DNA from: Eledone cirrhosa
Taxonomy: Eukaryota
DNA: 64,000 bases
NCBI GenBank assembly: GCA_964016885.1
Contig: OZ024743.1
Span: 352,842,001-352,906,000 of the forward strand
Reading direction: 5' to 3'
Shown: in pieces, positions 38,635 to 52,841 of the stretch
Layout: every line of letters begins with the position of its first letter
How positions within the stretch are numbered: the first letter of the stretch is position 1
Program-made: the position numbers and the translations under genes
The notes under the pieces: model-generated
Databases searched by the model: none
What the model saw: only the letters and a program-made list of their open reading frames with translations
Told to the model about the DNA's origin: nothing

Positions 38635-39279
38635 GAAAAAGCGATATATCTTAAACGCAATGGCCATAGAGTCGAGTCATTGACATAGTGTCAATTCCTT
38701 TCACTAATTTCCTTCCGGATGTTGTGAACGTCTCATTCATCTTCCTGGTTGTTGTTTTCACTCTTTAAAAGAAACCATTCTTTGTTTCAGATAATTTAGA
38801 AAATCAAGAGGAAAAAGAAAAGAATATATGTATAAATAAAGAACATAATACACATTGTTCTTTGAGTTGTAGTATGACCTCTTACCATCATCTTGACTCT
38901 AGTAACATCTTTTGTTTTAACTGTTGTTTTGTGTTGATAACACTCCAGTATTTGACTAATTCTGGCTCCACTTGATGCTTGTGTCTTAGTGTCGGTTCCT
39001 ATATATTTGTGTAACGATTTCAGATTACTCCTACTTCACCTTGTATGAAATCGTGTTCAGATTATCGGAAAGTAGAACAGAATCAATTTTAAATTACCCG
39101 CGTGGCTTGCTTGAAACTAAGCTAGCCTTAGGGGTAATTTAAAATCTATTTCATACTAACCCCCCGGCGACGGAAGTAATTTTATTTTAGTCCCTGTAAT
39201 TTTATCTCCCTAAAGCACCCCCAAATGTCATTCCGCTTTTGTGGGCAATAAAAGGGTTATTATTAATTTGATTGCCAGA

Positions 39280-39760
39280 TTGTGGCTGATTGGTAGAGTT
39301 GTTAGAGTGACGGACAAAATGCATTACGTTCTGAGTTCAAATCCCACTGAGATTAGTTTTGCCATTCCTTCTTACGGGGTCGATGAAATAAAGTATCAGT
39401 AACGTACTGGGGTCGATTTAATCGACTTTCCTCTCCCTCTAAAATTTTGGTCTTATGTCTAAATCATAAACCACTAAGGGTGGTAGATTAGCAGGATCGG
39501 TAGAGCGCCAGACAACATGCTTTGTGACATATAGTTACGTCCCTTTACGTTCCGAGTTTAAATCCAGGCGAGTTTAGCCTTGCCTTTCCTCCTTACAGGG
39601 TTCATAAAATAAAGCACCAGTAGCACACGGGTTGATTTAATCTACCCCCCCCCCCCCCCCTAAAAAATTGTTGACCTTGTGCCTAAATCAGAAGACTGTC
39701 AGATTGCGGCGGATTGGTAGCATAGTTAGAATGACGGACAAAATGCTTTGCCGCATTTTA
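39280..39760 (+). mobile_element. head-to-tail cluster of three Nin-type SINEs (third partial)
   Basis: Repeated A-box heads, GAGTT(C/T)AAATCC B boxes and core; GCCAGATTGTGG / GTCAGATTGCGG recurs at the heads. Confidence 0.75.
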
Positions 39761-42420
39761 TTCAGATTTTTTTTATCGAGACGAGAGTGCTGAAGCTCTC
39801 GTCTGGATAAAGATCTGAATATCATTCCATGGTATCTGTTATATTTTTTTAATTTCACATTTTTTACAAGCAGTTAGTAAATTTTTAATGTACGTATTTA
39901 TATAAATCCTTAACATTCCTGTTCTTGGATGGGTAGACAAAATCTATAGCCAGATTTAACACCGTCACTTAATTCACGGGTCCCTTTAGCGGGGTCACTC
40001 TGTTAAAAACATCTGGGCCGATCCGAAGATAACTTCCAAATTTTCTCTCACCAGTCATGCAGCCCCTGAAAAAGTTTCTCGGCCTAAGCCATTAAAAAAG
40101 GATCCCACAGATTGGAGTCTCTCCATGCCTAAATCCAGCCCTGTTTATTAACCACCATATCTCTTTATATTGAATTAAATAGAGTAACTAAAGTGATCAT
40201 CCCCATTACTAATTAACATTTACAGCAGATTACGTACGGCCAAACCCAAAATAGTGATTTGCCTTCTATTTATCTGACTCTGGTGACGTAAATATGATTT
40301 CTTTCATAGAATATCCAATAGTTTATTAGGTTCCAACCTAATAGCATTCAACATTGAAATGGCTATTGTTAGACAGACAAGTCCAGAATTGATTCAGAAA
40401 CTTAACAACTACAATACGATTGCGAGATCTGTCAAGAGTAGATACCAGAGTGATCTGAAGATCGCTACACAAAAGTTGAACATCACACCCAGGAGGTATC
40501 GAATTACTTTAACAGTAACATCACTCTAGTGAAATATTTCAGTCAGGCGTTATCACAGTGGCCTAGAAACTCCCACACTGAAGTGAGACAACACACCCAG
40601 AAGCTATTGTATTAACTTAACACTTGTTACACTTCAGTGAAACACTCCCTGCAGCGGGAAAACAAAGCCCGTCACTGTCAACAATATCACCACTGAAGGG
40701 CATCGCATCAATCAGATGACCTAATGGTCCAGAGAAGTTGCGCAATACGTCGAATAACTGTAAAATTACCTTAACAGTAACACTCCTGTCAGGTCAGGAG
40801 TTGTCACAATGACCTAGTTGTCACAATGACCTAGTTGTCACAATGACCTAGAAACGTCCACGCTGAAGTTAGAGTATAAGAGTTGTTTAAGGTAAATAAA
40901 TAAAAGGTGTGGTTACTTGAATATATTGTCTATTTGACTTAACAAATCCTACACCAGGGACTTCAAACTCAATGACTCAAAGGGGACATTACGTCCTGGG
41001 GAAGAGGCACAAGCCAAAAGTGAGATGAGGGATGGAGCATGATTTCCACCAGTTATAATTTTAATCTGCAATACAACTGATAGGCTGCTATTGTTTTCAT
41101 CAAAATGAATACATATATGATAGTAAGTGAGATATGTGAATTAGTACAAAATGTAGGGTAACAAATTTTCCTTATTTCCGTTTTTACTTTTGGTAAATTC
41201 CCTTTTTCCATTTTCACTTTTAATAAATTCTGGTTTTTTTTTATTATTTTGTTGTCCTTCATAGGTAAATTGCAATAAAAGGTACTATAGATATTAATTG
41301 TTTCTACTTTACGCACAAGGCCAGCAATTTTTTTTTGGTGGGGTGGGGTGGGCGTCGATTAAATCGCCCCCACCGCATGACTGGTACTTTATTTTATGTA
41401 CTATAAATATTAATAAAACAGAGTCATGAGAAGAAAACAAAATATTGTCTTGTTTATTTATGTATTTATTCATTCTGTATCGCAATTTGTGAACAGGGGC
41501 ATTTAAACCTGGCAGAATCCATCCTTCTGCATGCCTGAGTAAAATCAACTTCTTTCAGAGAGAGATAGATGTAGTAGACTCGATCTCGAAAAAAAGGCTG
41601 AAAGACAAAGTTTACTTCAGCGATATTTGAAATCAAAGTGCAGAAAGCCGGTACAGATAAGGCAAGGCATTTTATCCGACACTCTAACGAGTTAGTCTGT
41701 CTACTTCTTTTACTGTTAGTCGGAGCCAGCTGAGACTGGTAGGGCCTTAGTCGAGTGTTAACAATAAATCATCATGTCTATTTTTTATATATACGGGGTT
41801 CCGTTATCGACTCTTCTATACGGCGCTTCGGGCAAATGTTTTCTATCATAGATTCGTGGCTGAACAATACATTGTGAGTGAAATTTGGCAGTTGGAAATC
41901 GTGAGAATGTCCCGCCGCCATATATATATATATATATATAAATTTAAAATATAAATTCTGCACAGGACAAGGACAATGTAAATAAACGGAAAGACGGATA
42001 GTCCCATTCCCTCAGGCAACTTCTGGAAATCACTATGATTTCGGTGCATTAAGGTCAATACCATTTCATTCCAGTGCACATTAGGGTATAACAAAACACG
42101 TAGAGACAAATTAAATCTTTAGGCAAATTACACAAATATAGAGTGCGCAATGGATTAGCCAAAGGAGAAAAAATATAGAAAGGAGAGAAATAGTAAAACA
42201 GAAGAGAATAATAAGTGTAATCCAACGTGCAGACAAATAAGCGTAGAAAAAGTAAGAAGGGAGAATACAGAAAAACAGACCTGGCGGTGTGATGTCTATT
42301 ATATGACAGTTTAAAAAAAAAGCCCGCATCGGAATATAACAAAACATGTAGAGACAAATTAGTCTCTACCTGTTTAGGCAAATTATATATATATCAAGTG
42401 CACAAGAGCTTAAACAAAGG

Positions 42421-42495
<75 letters not shown>

Positions 42496-42600
42496 GCGCG
42501 CGTGCGCGTGTGTGTAAAAGGGAAACAGTAATAACAAAGCAAACGACACAGTACATTGAAGAAATATATTAGTTTAACACTTGGAATAACAGGAAAAGAG

Positions 42601-42636
42601 TCTTAACGTTTCGGACAATAGGCCTTCATCAGAAGA
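42601..42636 (-). ncRNA. minimal type I hammerhead ribozyme, copy 3 (in Penelope-like remnant about 42515-42700)
   Basis: UCUU CUGAUGA A GGCC-UAUU-GUCC GAAA CG UU^ AAGA; one stem II mismatch. Confidence 0.72.
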
Positions 42637-42762
42637 TGGAGTTAGAAATAGAAGATGAATAGAAAGATAAAGAGTAAAAAGAGGGATAAAAATGAAAAAA
42701 AGGGGGAAAAACACGTGTATTCAGTCAGCCATTTTGGACACATACATACATACATACATACA

Positions 42763-42810
<48 letters not shown>

Positions 42811-43095
42811 AATAAATATATATATATATATATTGATATATATATTATTATCCTTATCGAGCCCTCTTCGGATTTTAGTCTTCACATTTATTATTATTAC
42901 TATATATATATATATATCAAATTAAAAATATGGGGAAATAATAGACAAAAATATACCTATTTTTTCTACAAAATCCCGACTGCAGTTTCGTCGAATCCGT
43001 TTGCAGCGATTTCTGCTATAAAAATGCCTCATCGCTGTGAGGTTGATAGGGTTTATCAAGAGACCCCTAAAAAAAGGACTGTTTCTTGCGATATC

Positions 43096-43149
43096 TGTTA
43101 GAACACGAAAAGTGTGAAACACAGAATGTTCACTTTTCGTGTTCTAACA
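43096..43149. repeat. perfect 19-bp inverted repeat with 16-nt spacer
   Basis: TGTTAGAACACGAAAAGTG ... CACTTTTCGTGTTCTAACA. Confidence 0.95.
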
Positions 43150-44507
43150 TATATGCCTAGCTTCTTTAAAAATTTTTCGGGGATAGCCGTGGTGGTGGTG
43201 ATCGTATGTCATTGGCTAATTTTCAACCAATCAGAGTACCTCTCTCTATATCTCTTCCACTGTTACTTACGCCTGTTTCTCTCTATCTGTTCCGTCTCTA
43301 TATATATATCTCTTACTCTTTCGCTTTGCACTCCTCCCCTTCAATACCATCTCTCCCCCTCTCTATATATTTGTTACTCTATCGCTGCACACTCCTCTCC
43401 TTCAATATATCAATTACACACGCTTTACACTCCTTTATCCCCAGCGCCCCTATATATACACCCCCCTCTACCGCATCTATATTTTAATGTACCGTTGCAC
43501 CGTGAATATATGTGTCTATATATATATACATATATATTGTATATACACATTCATGTATGTGTATACACACTCATGTATGTATATACACTGGTTTTATGTG
43601 TGTATTGTAAATTTGTACTGTTAAAACACGAAACTAACATTCGATTGACACTTTGATTACCTGTACAGGCAATAGTTATTAGAATGCTGTTGAAGTGTGT
43701 ATATATTTTTGGGGGACATCCTGTATATACACACATTATATATAATACAATAAACAGATAAATACACACATATATATATGAGCTTATTTAATTATAAATA
43801 TTGTGAATTTTTAACTCAGTTCAATTATATATATAAATGGCTTCTACAGGACTAGAACTGTTTCATTCGAAAGAAATCATCATAATATTGAGAGGGGGGA
43901 CTAGATAAAATATTTCAAATCAAATGTGTATAAGTTATAAGTTAAAATGTATAAATAGAGACGATAGTGGAGGTATATCTGTTTAGTGGAACAGTAGACG
44001 ATAGAATTAAATACAGACGATAATCTCCCTTTAATGAAACAGCAGACGATAGAATTAAGGCAATTTAAATTTTAAGCATTTGCATTTTTGCCTTTCATCG
44101 TTACGGGGTCGATAAAATAAAGTACCAGTAATACACTGTCACTAGACGACTTTCAAATTGAATTGTTGGTTCCATTTCTTTAGTATTTTCAATTGTAGTT
44201 ATCTACTTAAAAAGCGTTACACGGTTAGAGACATAATTCGTAAGTTATATCTTCCCTATTAAACCATTGCATTATTTCGCCTACAATAGAACAAAAATGA
44301 AATGTTCTTTAAAGAAACAGGAATATAACTTTATAAAAAAAAAAGTTGCATCCGCTTCTTTTATCATTGATAATTTTTTCGTTTTAATATTAATTGTTTT
44401 TTGTAGTTGTTTATATTAAAAATCTTACTGTAATATTTACTTAAACGAAGGCAAACATCTAAACTTATAGATTAATCTTGAGCGAAGGACTAGATAAATC
44501 TCTCTCC

Positions 44508-44565
<58 letters not shown>

Positions 44566-45679
44566 GAAGAATGATAAAATTTCAAGCAAAGAGTTTAATT
44601 AGGTATATTTTGTAATATTATTAACTAATTATTATAATTAACGCGCATATTTTGCTATCCTCAAACACGTTTACACATGGCATGAAATATAACTAATCCG
44701 AGATGGCTAGGTTTCATCTTCTAACTGGATAAACGAAATCCATTATGTCTTGACAACAACATGAGGTAACATTATGTTATTCACAGACACACTTTGTACA
44801 CTGTTCCATATCAGAATGTATTTCCTTCGTCACATTCACAAACAGTATTGAAAATATGTTCTTCGGCAAATAAAAATGTTTTGTTCATAATATTTCAACT
44901 AGCGATTGCTCTACTTCACGCACGACCACCATAAATTAATGACCAGCTCAACACAAGTATTGGTAGAGCGTCAGACACCATGCTTTGCAGTATTGTTATG
45001 GTCCTTTGCATTCTAAGTTCAAATCCTGCCGAGGTTAACTTCGACTTTCATACTTACTAATTCGATAAAATAAAGTACCAGTAATGGACTGCCGTAATGG
45101 ATTTGTGCCGAAAAATAGAAACACTATTAATGTGCAATAAGAGCAAAATATAACGACATTGCTCAATTATTTTATCTAATGTTGTAATAACACAAGGAAA
45201 TGTTGTTTGTGTATTTTTTTTTATATTTGCTCATAGGCTTTTACAATTTCGCTCAGCCAACAACTATTAAAAAGTGAGTTGCTTAAGATAACAATTTAAT
45301 CACAAATTGTTGCTATCTTTTAATACACTCCAACAAGTCATCAAATTATGTACAATAAAAACAAATCTTATTAATTTGCTCAGGGAATATAAAGAAAATG
45401 TATATACACTGATAATTGCAAATGTATGTAAATATTTTGTTTTTGTATTGTATATTTTATGTTTTCTATTATGTATAATATATTGATTTAATATTGATTG
45501 TTTTTTGTAGTTGTTTATATTAAAAGTCTGAAAATATTTTTATACATCTTACACTAATATTTATAAGATAATTTATAATAACAATTACATAATCTAATTA
45601 CATTACAACGATAATTTATTATTAATATATATCCTGTTTAACTAGAGTTATTACAAGCGTTGCCTTAAAAAAATATTAA

Positions 45680-46636
45680 ACTAGACATGAAAAATGCGCA
45701 AGCTCAAAAGTGCCACAGAATGTTATAATAAACCTTCAAAAGTGTGGGACTAGAGTTGTTGCTAAAAAATATTGTAATCATTATATATCGTACATTCTGT
45801 GGCATCCTTTATAAAAATAGCTTAAACCAACGAAGCCTTTATTTTTACGCTATTTCACTTAGTTAATTCTTAGAGTGTAACATATAAAAATAAATACATC
45901 TATGTTTAATGTAATAACAGCTATAAATAATTACGTAATATTATTATCATATACTCATAGTAACAAAATAATTGTGTTGAAACTTAATATGATGCTTATA
46001 TGAACGATCAAATCTATAATGATAATTTCTTAAATATACTAATAGTAAAATAATTTAGTTATCTATTGTTACATTTTCATAGAACTATAATATTAACAAT
46101 CGTATTGCATTATCAAATTTTTATCACTACAAACTTTCATATTGGAATTACCTTAAGCCACTTATTATTACTTCGCTTTCGTACTTTTACAGCTGTAGAT
46201 ATTGCGCTGTATCTTATATCTAATATCAATATCTCGTGGTAATTTGCATGAAGTGTAAAATAGGTTTATTAATAACTTTAATATGAAATGTATTATACAG
46301 GGCTGCGGAGTCGGTCAAAAATTGACTGGCTCCAACTCAGGATCCGATACTCCATTATTTCCTAAATTTCAACTCCGCAGCTCTGTTATTATATTAATTA
46401 ATTTATTTTATAGTTGTAAATCATATTTTTATATGTTACACTCTAAGAATTAACTAAGTGAAATAGCGTAAAAATAAAGGCTTCGTTGGTTTAAGCTATT
46501 TTTATAAAGGATGCCACAGAATGTACGATATATAATGATTACAATATTTTTTAGCAACAACTCTAGTCCCACACTTTTGAAGGTTTATTATAACATTCTG
46601 TGGCACTTTTGAGCTTGCGCATTTTTCATGTCTAGT
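45680..46636. repeat. 213-bp inverted repeat pair (45680-45892 / 46424-46636), foldback-like
   Basis: Arms appear identical by eye; termini ACTAG...CTAGT; AT-rich spacer. Confidence 0.92.
46298..46385. mobile_element. 88-bp hAT-type MITE
   Basis: TIR CAGGGCTGCGGAGT / ACTCCGCAGCTCTG; 8-bp TSD GTATTATA / TTATTATA. Confidence 0.8.
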
Positions 46637-46684
46637 ATATATATATATATGCATGCATACATATATATATATATATATATGTAT

Positions 46685-47663
<979 letters not shown>

Positions 47664-47671
47664 ATATATAG

Positions 47672-47781
<110 letters not shown>

Positions 47782-48092
47782 TGTGTGTATGTGCATGTTT
47801 TTTAGTCTGAGTTCTCTATTAATCTATCTGCTTATTTATCATGACTCACTGTCCGTCAGTAAGTTCAGATATCAGTCAGTTTTCTGTCTGCAGCCTATTT
47901 TTCATCTGTCTAGCCCGTCTGTTGGCTTGTTTATCTATATTGCTGTCGAGTCTCTACGTCCGTTTAAGAACGAAAATATCCTAACATAAATTAACTTATC
48001 AGTGATTTTTTTTCCTTCTTAAAATCTATATATTCTCTCAGTCATTTTCAGATCTACACGAGGATGTGATTCAGATGCGTTAACTCACTCAA

Positions 48093-48114
48093 TCTATATA
48101 TCTAAAACAGAGAA

Positions 48115-48147
<33 letters not shown>

Positions 48148-49026
48148 GACTCCCTAAAACTCGAGAACCACCCAACCAATTTTTTTCAAACTTTACACAT
48201 GTAATACTTATGGTCCTGTGAGTGTTTTGAGCAAACAATACTTCAAATGTTCAATGCCCTAGGGACCGCATTAGGCGATTTAGCGCTCTCTCTATAATTC
48301 TTAGTCTGTCTCTTTTTAGATAGATACATAGCTACAACGTCGCGCCCTTATAATATCTGTCTGTATATTTGGCTGTCTGCATTACGACGTTATGACACTA
48401 TCTGTGTGTGTGTGTATATATATGTAGTGTGTGTGTATATATATATATATAGTGTGTAACGTTTTTCAAAATATTTACTTCTGTGTTCACAGATTGATTT
48501 TTTTAGTTTCAGAAGATGCCGTTAAGAGTGAAAGCAGCGATTCTTCGCTTAAACTTTAATCTGTTATTTTAATATATATATATATAATTATATATTCGCG
48601 TACAGATATTTTTGCATACACAATAACAAAATATAAACAAACGTATTTATTTCACGAGGCTCGATAAGGATAAATATATATCAAATATATAAGATCCCTA
48701 GAGAAAATATTTTTCTCATTGCTGACGAGGCAGAAGGGGATATAAACAATTGGCTGAAGAAGGACGAGATTGTGTTAGTAGTATGACCAACGGCTGCTAT
48801 CACACCAACAGCAGCAAAAACAACAACAAAAAAGAGAGGGAACGCAATTACATGCTTTTGAAAAATCTTAATGGAAAATTATTTGCCTATTCACCCAAGG
48901 CGACTGCACTTTTTATTAGGACTTTTGCATCAATTGGTGAACATACGACGAAACGGTTTCAGAAAGGAGGGATAAACATGTCAATCTATGTTTACAATCC
49001 CGAGCAACACCGGGCCATTCTGCTAG
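48093..49026 (+). mobile_element. non-autonomous Helitron
   Basis: A|TCTATATATCTAAAA followed by (GTCT)n; 3' CCCG-AGCAACAC-CGGG hairpin then CTAG|T. Confidence 0.85.
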
Positions 49027-51190
49027 TGTCAACTAAACTTGTTGAGACACATACAAATGATTAAAGATCTTTGCGTTCAGGGCCGTATTATTCATAAGGC
49101 TGGCTAAGCTGAAGCCTAGGGGCCCACCATTCTTTTCGTTTGTGCAGAGACACTATTAGCTGCGATCTAAGGCCCCAATGGTTAAAGGGCCACGGCCCTA
49201 TCAGCGTCACAGCAAACTTGAACTTCCCGCGTTTTTGTGGAGTTGATGAAACACTTCTTTCCTACATGGTCTTTGTAAACTGGAGCTCTGACCTTTAATA
49301 ATGCATGCTGAGTGAGCATTTGGGTTGTCACATTGACCTGCTAGAAATAGCAGCCAAATTCAGCATATTGTTAAAAAAAAAAACGATTGTATCCAAGACT
49401 AAGTTAAATACTGTAATATTAGATACACGATACCTGAAAAAAAAATGATGGTCATCGCTAGAACAATTTTGATCAGAGGTCTCTTTATTTAAGGTCAATG
49501 TGGGTTAAACAGCATGACGAACACCACCACAACCACCAGGTTGGATGGGGTGGTTATTATAGCTGTTGTTGTTTAGCCCCAAGTTTAACCTGCCAAGGTG
49601 GTGAATTGGCAGATTCGTTAGAGTGTCTTATAGAATGTCTTCCTGTATTTGTTCCATTTCTCTGAACTATGAGTTCAAATCCCGCTGAGAACAACTATTC
49701 CTTTCATCCATTAGGGGCCTTTAAACAAGGCACCAGTCAAATAGTACCAGGACGATTTTTCACCCCATCCTCTCTCAGAATCAGTTATATTGAAGGAGCC
49801 AATAAAGACGTGCTCATATAGTAGCCTCACATATCCTTTCACCACCATCACTGTGTGGACAGAGTGGTGGTGAAAGATATGCAAACTCATTATAAATTCT
49901 TTGTGTAATTCTAAATTTTTATAACTTACTCGATGAGAACTGATAGAAGACACAATGTTTCAGCAAGTTGGTAAATCTTGTCACATTACTCTCAGAATAA
50001 GGAGTTTTACTGAATGAAAAAAATACTAACAGACGGATTGGTCAACAAATTTCAGTCCATTGAAGAAACAGCCGTATTGTAGGAGTAAAGATAAAGGAGC
50101 ACTGGCGGGAATGCAAAGACAAGAAAAACTTGTTAGTGCTCCATTAACACGCCAAACTAAAGCATGGTGGCTCACTAGAAACATTCAAGTGAAGATCTTA
50201 TCCACACACCGGGCCGACACAATGCTTAGATAGATTAAAGAAGCCACCCAAATTTCAGAAACTAAACCCATCCTCAATACAAAGCAGGAGTTAAATAATA
50301 ACAACCCCACGACATAGTGATTGATGACAAAGGTATTACGACAGACAGACTGTGAGTACAGAGATGTGAATGAGTGTATACACATGCACATAAGTATATA
50401 GGTAAGGACATAGGAAAGTTATGGGTAGGTTACCAAGATACACAGAAATACACCATATACACAGATAGGTATGAACACACATAGAGATTTGTGGGAGTAG
50501 CAACATATAATCTACACATGCACGCACTCACACATGGCAGAAGTAATAAGAAGAATAGCAGCAATAGTCATGCTAACAGAAAATAGAATGAACATTAACC
50601 ATAACAATGAAGCCAATAATATACACAGAAAGAAAATGTAGCAGATAACACGTATGCGCACACACACAGATACCACACTACAAAGAGGACTGCAGTTAGA
50701 GACAAAGTCGAGACAAAGAAGGGACACAGAGGGCAAAATGCCATTGATAAGGTCATAGAATGTGTGATGAAAGAGCTTTGACTATCAAGTAAATAGCCGT
50801 TTGGTGTTTAACCGGCCGGTGAATGGATTAGTAACCTGATAAATAAGTGAAATTCAACTGGTGCTTGTGCTTTTATTGAAGCTCAAGAAAGTATGTGCAT
50901 CCACACACACACACACGTGTATGTGTGTATACACATACACACTCATGGTTCACATCTCCGTACTCACCGTCTGTGAGGCTCATTAGACCAGAGTTTACCA
51001 CCGTTATGTGACTCCCTCTGAACGGGCCGCCAATATGTCCCAGGGGATTAAACTGCTGGTACCCCAGAATAGCGATAGTCTAATGACTAGCATCAGTAAA
51101 AGAATAAATTAATAAAAGAATATGTATATAAGTATATACACATATATACGCAGACAATCATACACGCGCACGCAAACATACATACGTACA

Positions 51191-51456
51191 CAGTGTACCC
51201 TCGGCATTCGTGGTCCCGGCATTCGCAGTCCTGGTTATTCGCGGGATTTTCCTTACAACCTAACTAGTAATTGTTCGTGGAAACCACCGCATCTTCGCGG
51301 AATCGTAAATATCTTCCGCGATTTTTTAATGACTTTTTCGTTAAATTATTAATAACGCTAAATTAGTAATAACAATAAACCGTATTTGCGGGCCTATATT
51401 TTACGTTATGGTTTCACGTTTATAAGCATTTTTATGGACCACGTCCGATATTCGCG
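51191..51456. mobile_element. pogo/Tigger-type MITE, truncated
   Basis: CAGTGTACCCTCGGCATTCG end; inverted homology to 58855-59157. Confidence 0.7.
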
Positions 51457-51468
51457 AGAGAGAGAGAG

Positions 51469-51502
<34 letters not shown>

Positions 51503-51701
51503 GGGGCGGGGGGCGAGAGAAAAGAAAGTGAGAAAGTTATATAGAGAAAAATGGGCTGGTACTTTATGTACCGACCTCGAAAGATAAAAGATAAAGTTGA
51601 CTGCGGCGTGATTTGAACTCATGGCACCGGAACAAATAACCCGCCTCTCTCTCTATATATATATATACATACACACACAGACGTACAGACACACACACAC
51701 A

Positions 51702-51844
<143 letters not shown>

Positions 51845-52646
51845 ATGCACACACAAAACACAATGGGCTTCCGGATCGCAAGTATGTTAGCCAACAGTAG
51901 TTTTATAACTAGTAGTGCAGGTCAGTGATGAGGAGGCTTGGTGGAATGTTAACTTTATGAATCATTACAATAGAAGTAAACAATAAATAACAAGGAATTT
52001 CTGTTTCGTCTAAAGTGTCTTAATTTATTTTCGCTCACTTCAGCACACCTAACATCGCATCTTCCGCTTTCTGCTATCCGAGCCCGCAACCGTTCTTAGC
52101 TTTCCGAAGTCGTTATTCCTCCTATGTTTCAAAAGGGATAAAAATCTTCGTGAGTGTTCCTTCTAAACTGGCATATTTACGTGTTTTGGGCTTGGATATC
52201 TTACACTTGACATTTCATCATTTAATCTCTTTCTTTCTCCAGATAATGATTTCTAGTATAGGTACAAGGCCAGTAATTTGGGGGAGGGGAAAGTCGATTA
52301 AATCGACTCCCAGTTCATTACTGGTACTTTATTTTATCGACCCCGCAAGGATGAAAGGCAAAGCTAACCTCGGCGGGATTTGAACTCAGAACGTAAAGGG
52401 CTGTAACTCTATGTTGTAAAGCATAGTGTCCGACGCTCTACCGATTCTTCCAATCCACCGCCCTCTTTCTACAGATAATAAATAACTTTATTTTAAAAGC
52501 ATAAAAAAGAAAGGAAAAGAAAAACCTTCCGTACAGCTACCTAATATGTTGTTATATACTGTGTGTGAGAAAAGAAAAAGTAGGATGTTGACAACTTAAA
52601 TGATTTTCCTCGCTGGTCTACTAAACCAGGTCTGACCAATTCATGG

Positions 52647-52841
52647 CAGACCTGTCAACTCTCCCCGTCCGTCGGGGAAATCTCCCACCCACTTCGGGGT
52701 GGGTGAGAGATGTTTTCTCTTATGAAAATGGGTATAGCTTTCATTATGTAAAATCTCCCCCTTTTGCCCCATTTCTCCCCGTTTGGCAGCATTTTTTTTC
52801 ATGGTACTCTCCGTTTGGGTTTTTAGAGGTTGGCAGGTCTG
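52647..52841. mobile_element. MITE with CAGACCTG(T/C)CAAC TIRs
   Basis: 13-bp TIR with 1 mismatch; TCATGG on both flanks; two internal GC hairpins. Confidence 0.75.

Noticed and set aside
40359-40529. 56-aa ATG-initiated ORF
   Set aside because: No recognisable domain, weak splice context, length expected by chance.
49078-49200. hAT-like mini element (CAGGGCCG...CGGCCCT)
   Set aside because: Short TIR and no convincing TSD; not listed as a feature.
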